DNA from: an uncultured Chloroflexia bacterium
Lineage (GTDB): Bacteria; Chloroflexota; Limnocylindria; Limnocylindrales; CSP1-4
Direction of reading: 5' to 3'
Length of the DNA: 64,000 bases
NCBI GenBank assembly: GCA_963828165.1
Contig: CAWHDR010000001.1
Location: forward strand, 1,056,001-1,120,000
The notes beneath the pieces were generated by a model. That model had not been told where the DNA came from and did no database searches. It saw nothing but the letters and a program-made list of their open reading frames with translations. The position numbers and the translations under genes were made by a program. Of the stretch, positions 61,335 through 64,000 are shown in pieces. Each line of letters begins with the position of its first letter. The stretch's first letter is position 1.

Positions 61335-62128
61335 CCCGCCTCGTCCGCGTCGGGGCTCGAGATCCCTTCCAGGCGAGCCCGCAGGAGCTCCGTGCCGGCT
61401 GCATCCGCGACCCGGCACGACCAGCCGCCGTCGTTCCCGCGCCAGGTGACGGCATCCACCGCCGCGCCGGACTCGGCCGCACGAGCGTACTCGAGGCGCG
61501 CGCGCCGCGGGATCGCCCGGACGTCTGTCAGCCCGCCGGCCGCGATGACCTGCTCGTCGAGCCAGTCGGCATAGACGGCGTTGTTGACGTGGTCCATCGG
61601 ATCGAGCTCCTGCGGCCGGACCGAGAACCGCGACGACCGGGCTGCCGGCGGAGGTTCCGCCAGCGGCACGCGCGCCAGGGCGAACGGCGCGTCCGGCGCC
61701 CCGAATACCGGTTGGAAGTCGAGCGGCACGCGCGTCGGGGCGCCACGCTCGTCGAGGAGCACCCAGTCGACGTGCGTCCACGCGACGAGCATGCTGGCGC
61801 CATCCACGAAATCGGTCCGTCGCCGCGCCCAGACCCGGCGCCAGCCGACGACCCGGGTCGTTCCGGTCAATCCGTCACCGACGCGGACCGGCGCCTCCAC
61901 GGCGACCTCTGCGGTTCGGGCCAGCCAGGTGAGACCCCGCTCGCGATACCAGTCGCGGTCGAAGCCACGGCTCGCGGAGTGAAACCAGGCCAGGTCCTGG
62001 GCGTAGCGCAGCAGGACGGACGTCCGCAGCAGGCCGTCGGGGCCCGCCTCGTCGAAACGGACCCGGAACGGCGCCGAGCAGGCGTCGGGCTCACCGGGCG
62101 CTCGGGTGGCTGGGTCCTCGGCCGTCAC
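61331..62128 (-). CDS. Acyl-ACP thioesterase (double hotdog)
   Basis: FRVRFDEAG, RYAQD, ELDPMDHVNNAVY. Confidence 0.85.
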   Translation of the reverse strand: MTAEDPATRAPGEPDACSAPFRVRFDEAGPDGLLRTSVLLRYAQDLAWFHSASRGFDRDWYRERGLTWLARTAEVAVEAPVRVGDGLTGTTRVVGWRRVWARRRTDFVDGASMLVAWTHVDWVLLDERGAPTRVPLDFQPVFGAPDAPFALARVPLAEPPPAARSSRFSVRPQELDPMDHVNNAVYADWLDEQVIAAGGLTDVRAIPRRARLEYARAAESGAAVDAVTWRGNDGGWSCRVADAAGTELLRARLEGISSPDADEAG

Positions 62129-62802
62129 GGGGCCACCGCCGCGATGCGATCGAGGGCCTCGAGCGGCACGATCGTCGTGCCGGTACGCGGCGCGTACTGA
62201 CGCTCGAGGCGCACCTCGCACGATCGCTCCGCATCGAACACCACGAGCGCCACGCGAAGTGCCTCGTCCTCGTCGGCCGCGTGACTGCGCGCGTCGTCCA
62301 GCTGGTGGAGGACGTCGTCGTTGATCCCGCGCGCCCCCCATTTGCAGTCGTAGGCCTCCGCCGCGCCTTCCCGTTCGACGGTCACGTCGTACGGATGGAC
62401 CTCCGACCGCACGCCGTCGAACAGGATCCGTCGCTCCCGCCGAACGGCCGCTTCGCCGACGCGACGCGCCAGCAGGATGGCGGTCAGCTCCTCGACGATC
62501 GCGCCGCGGAACTGGCTGCGGACCTGTTCTCCCCGCTCGGCGACCTCCAGGCTGGCGGCAAGGATGGCCTCGGAGCGCGTCCGTTCGTCGCCGGCTGGGA
62601 CGGACACGCCGAACAGCGTGGGGAACATCGCGAGCCAACCCGTGACATCGGTCGTCTCACCGTTCATCGCCGCCCGCGCCAGGACGCGCTGCGACGGGGT
62701 CGCGTCGGCGAGGAGCGTCGCCGCTCGCTTCGCGAGCGGGTCGGCCTGGATCCCCGCGTACACGATCGCGCGGCCGTCGCGCGCGGCGTCCTGGAACCTC
62801 AT
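62125..62802 (-). CDS. Hypothetical protein with a PD-(D/E)xK nuclease-like motif
   Basis: GAIVEEL...PYDV...AYDCKWG. Confidence 0.55.
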   Translation of the reverse strand: MRFQDAARDGRAIVYAGIQADPLAKRAATLLADATPSQRVLARAAMNGETTDVTGWLAMFPTLFGVSVPAGDERTRSEAILAASLEVAERGEQVRSQFRGAIVEELTAILLARRVGEAAVRRERRILFDGVRSEVHPYDVTVEREGAAEAYDCKWGARGINDDVLHQLDDARSHAADEDEALRVALVVFDAERSCEVRLERQYAPRTGTTIVPLEALDRIAAVAP

Positions 62803-63101
62803 GGCGTCTCGCCGAGGGCCAGCAGGGCGACCTGCGGGAAGGTCGACAGCCAGTCGATCGCGCGGTGCGGGTCGGTGATGCGGTCGACCTCGTCGATCAA
62901 GCGGTCGATGGCGGCGTCGACGGCGGGGTCCAGGGGTGCGCTCGTCCCCGACCCGGCTGCCAGCTCGAGGCGCTCGCGCCAGGCGGACGACAGGTCATCG
63001 ACATACGACCACTCGTCCTCGACTTCCTCGGCCCGCTCGGTCAGCCGCGCATAGGCCGCAAGGGCGCGATCGATCGCCTGGTCGACAGTCGCAGATGCCA
63101 T
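62799..63101 (-). CDS. Small helical hypothetical protein
   Basis: Coupled ORF; DPHRAIDWLSTFP. Confidence 0.6.
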   Translation of the reverse strand: MASATVDQAIDRALAAYARLTERAEEVEDEWSYVDDLSSAWRERLELAAGSGTSAPLDPAVDAAIDRLIDEVDRITDPHRAIDWLSTFPQVALLALGETP

Positions 63102-63143
63102 GTTCGAAGCGTACGACCGGTGTGGCCGTCGCGCTCCCGAGGA

Positions 63144-63437
63144 TCAGTCCTGGACGCTCGCCGCTCGATGCCGCTGGCGACCCATCACCCGACCAAGGGT
63201 CCGTGTCCTGCCGCGTCCAAGCTTGGCCTCGGCGGCGGTCGGTCGCTCGGCGCGCCGAAGCAGGGCTTCGAGCTCCCGATGGGCCCGGTCATCCCATGAT
63301 CGGGAATAGGCTGCCGTCGCCCGTTGTCGCACGAGTCGAGCCTCGCCCCGATCCCCGGCCTCCTCGAGGAGGGCCACGCGGTCGAGGATGGCGCGGTACA
63401 GCGTCGGTAGATCCTCGGCGCGAGAGTTTGGCTCCAT
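63144..63437 (-). CDS. Small hypothetical protein
   Basis: EDLPTLYRAILDRV..LE..G.R.EA..YSRSWD. Confidence 0.55.
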   Translation of the reverse strand: MEPNSRAEDLPTLYRAILDRVALLEEAGDRGEARLVRQRATAAYSRSWDDRAHRELEALLRRAERPTAAEAKLGRGRTRTLGRVMGRQRHRAASVQD

Positions 63438-63510
63438 CGTGCGAAGACGATGCCGGACGATGGTCCCAACCGAAATAGCCCAGCGGTCCCACTCAGGCGA
63501 GGCGATGGGG

Positions 63511-63813
63511 TCAGTCACCCCGATGACCGCCGGCACGGATGCCGAAGTCGCGCAGGTCCCCCGTCGCACTGCTCCACGTCGCGCTGACCCGCTCGACGAG
63601 TGCGCCGGCCGGTCCGAGCTCCATCGATTCGAGCAGCGCCTCGAGGTCGTCGCGCGGGCCTTCCGCCACGCATCGCACCGATCCGTCCAATTCGTTCGCG
63701 ACCCAGCCGCTCAACCCCAGCTCCATCCCGCGGCGCAGGACGAAGTATCGAAAGCCCACGCCCTGGACCCGGCCACGGGCCGTGGCCTCGAGGCGGACCT
63801 GATCCGAGGTCAC
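63511..63813 (-). CDS. acyP: Acylphosphatase
   Basis: GRVQGVGFR, GWVAN..DGSV..AEG. Confidence 0.93.
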   Translation of the reverse strand: MTSDQVRLEATARGRVQGVGFRYFVLRRGMELGLSGWVANELDGSVRCVAEGPRDDLEALLESMELGPAGALVERVSATWSSATGDLRDFGIRAGGHRGD

Positions 63814-64000
63814 GCGGCGGCGTCGGCCGGTCGCGGCCAGGCCAGCGCCAGGTCGTCCAGGATCAGCTCGGGCGAGACGTTCGCCACGATCAGGACCGAC
63901 GCGCGACCGAGGCGGTCGAGGAACGCATCCAGCTCGCGGGCGTCCATTCGCTGCCCGATCGCGGTCGTTTCGTCCAGCAGGCCGATGTCGCGGATGGATC
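63810..64000 (-). CDS. holB: C-terminus of a probable DNA polymerase III delta' subunit (partial)
   Basis: ...LDAFLDRLGRASVLIVANVSPELILDDLALAWP; NVxxxL pattern. Confidence 0.5.
   Translation of the reverse strand, partial: SIRDIGLLDETTAIGQRMDARELDAFLDRLGRASVLIVANVSPELILDDLALAWPRPADAAA

Noticed and set aside
1-64000. CRISPR array, cas, reverse transcriptase or rRNA genes
   Set aside because: No regularly spaced repeats or diagnostic motifs were seen.

Overview
High-GC bacterial chromosome segment. Gene style suggests Chloroflexota, possibly Limnocylindria-like; this is an inference. The left 39 kb is mostly housekeeping and metabolic genes: pabB/pabC, a DmpA peptidase, rhodanese, CtpA, kamA, an MMPL plus AttH-like pair, fur/zur plus ZIP, ribokinase, an SDR, a CoA-transferase, a PIG-L deacetylase, CapA, tRNA-Asp, ltaE, two DUF885 proteins, a HisA-like protein, two cyclophilins and a LuxR-AAA regulator. 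An ~8.6 kb degraded integrative element sits at tRNA-Arg(CCG), bounded by a perfect 21-bp direct repeat (39776-39796 / 48414-48434). The repeat lies inside what looks like a recombinase C-terminal reading frame split between the two ends, next to an HNH/cos-like relic. An accessory stress/regulatory tract follows (MerR, AraC-VOC-DUF1801, adenylate cyclase, ASCH, ArsR-MFS-GNAT), and the window ends in acyP/holB. Main unannotated signals: a promoter- and terminator-bounded structured RNA candidate (34247-34417), a second structured intergenic element (13336-13428), several palindromic operators, a duplicated AraC-type promoter motif and widespread leaderless starts. Scattered frameshifts in core genes suggest indel errors in the assembly. 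All calls come from reading the sequence; no database searches were run.
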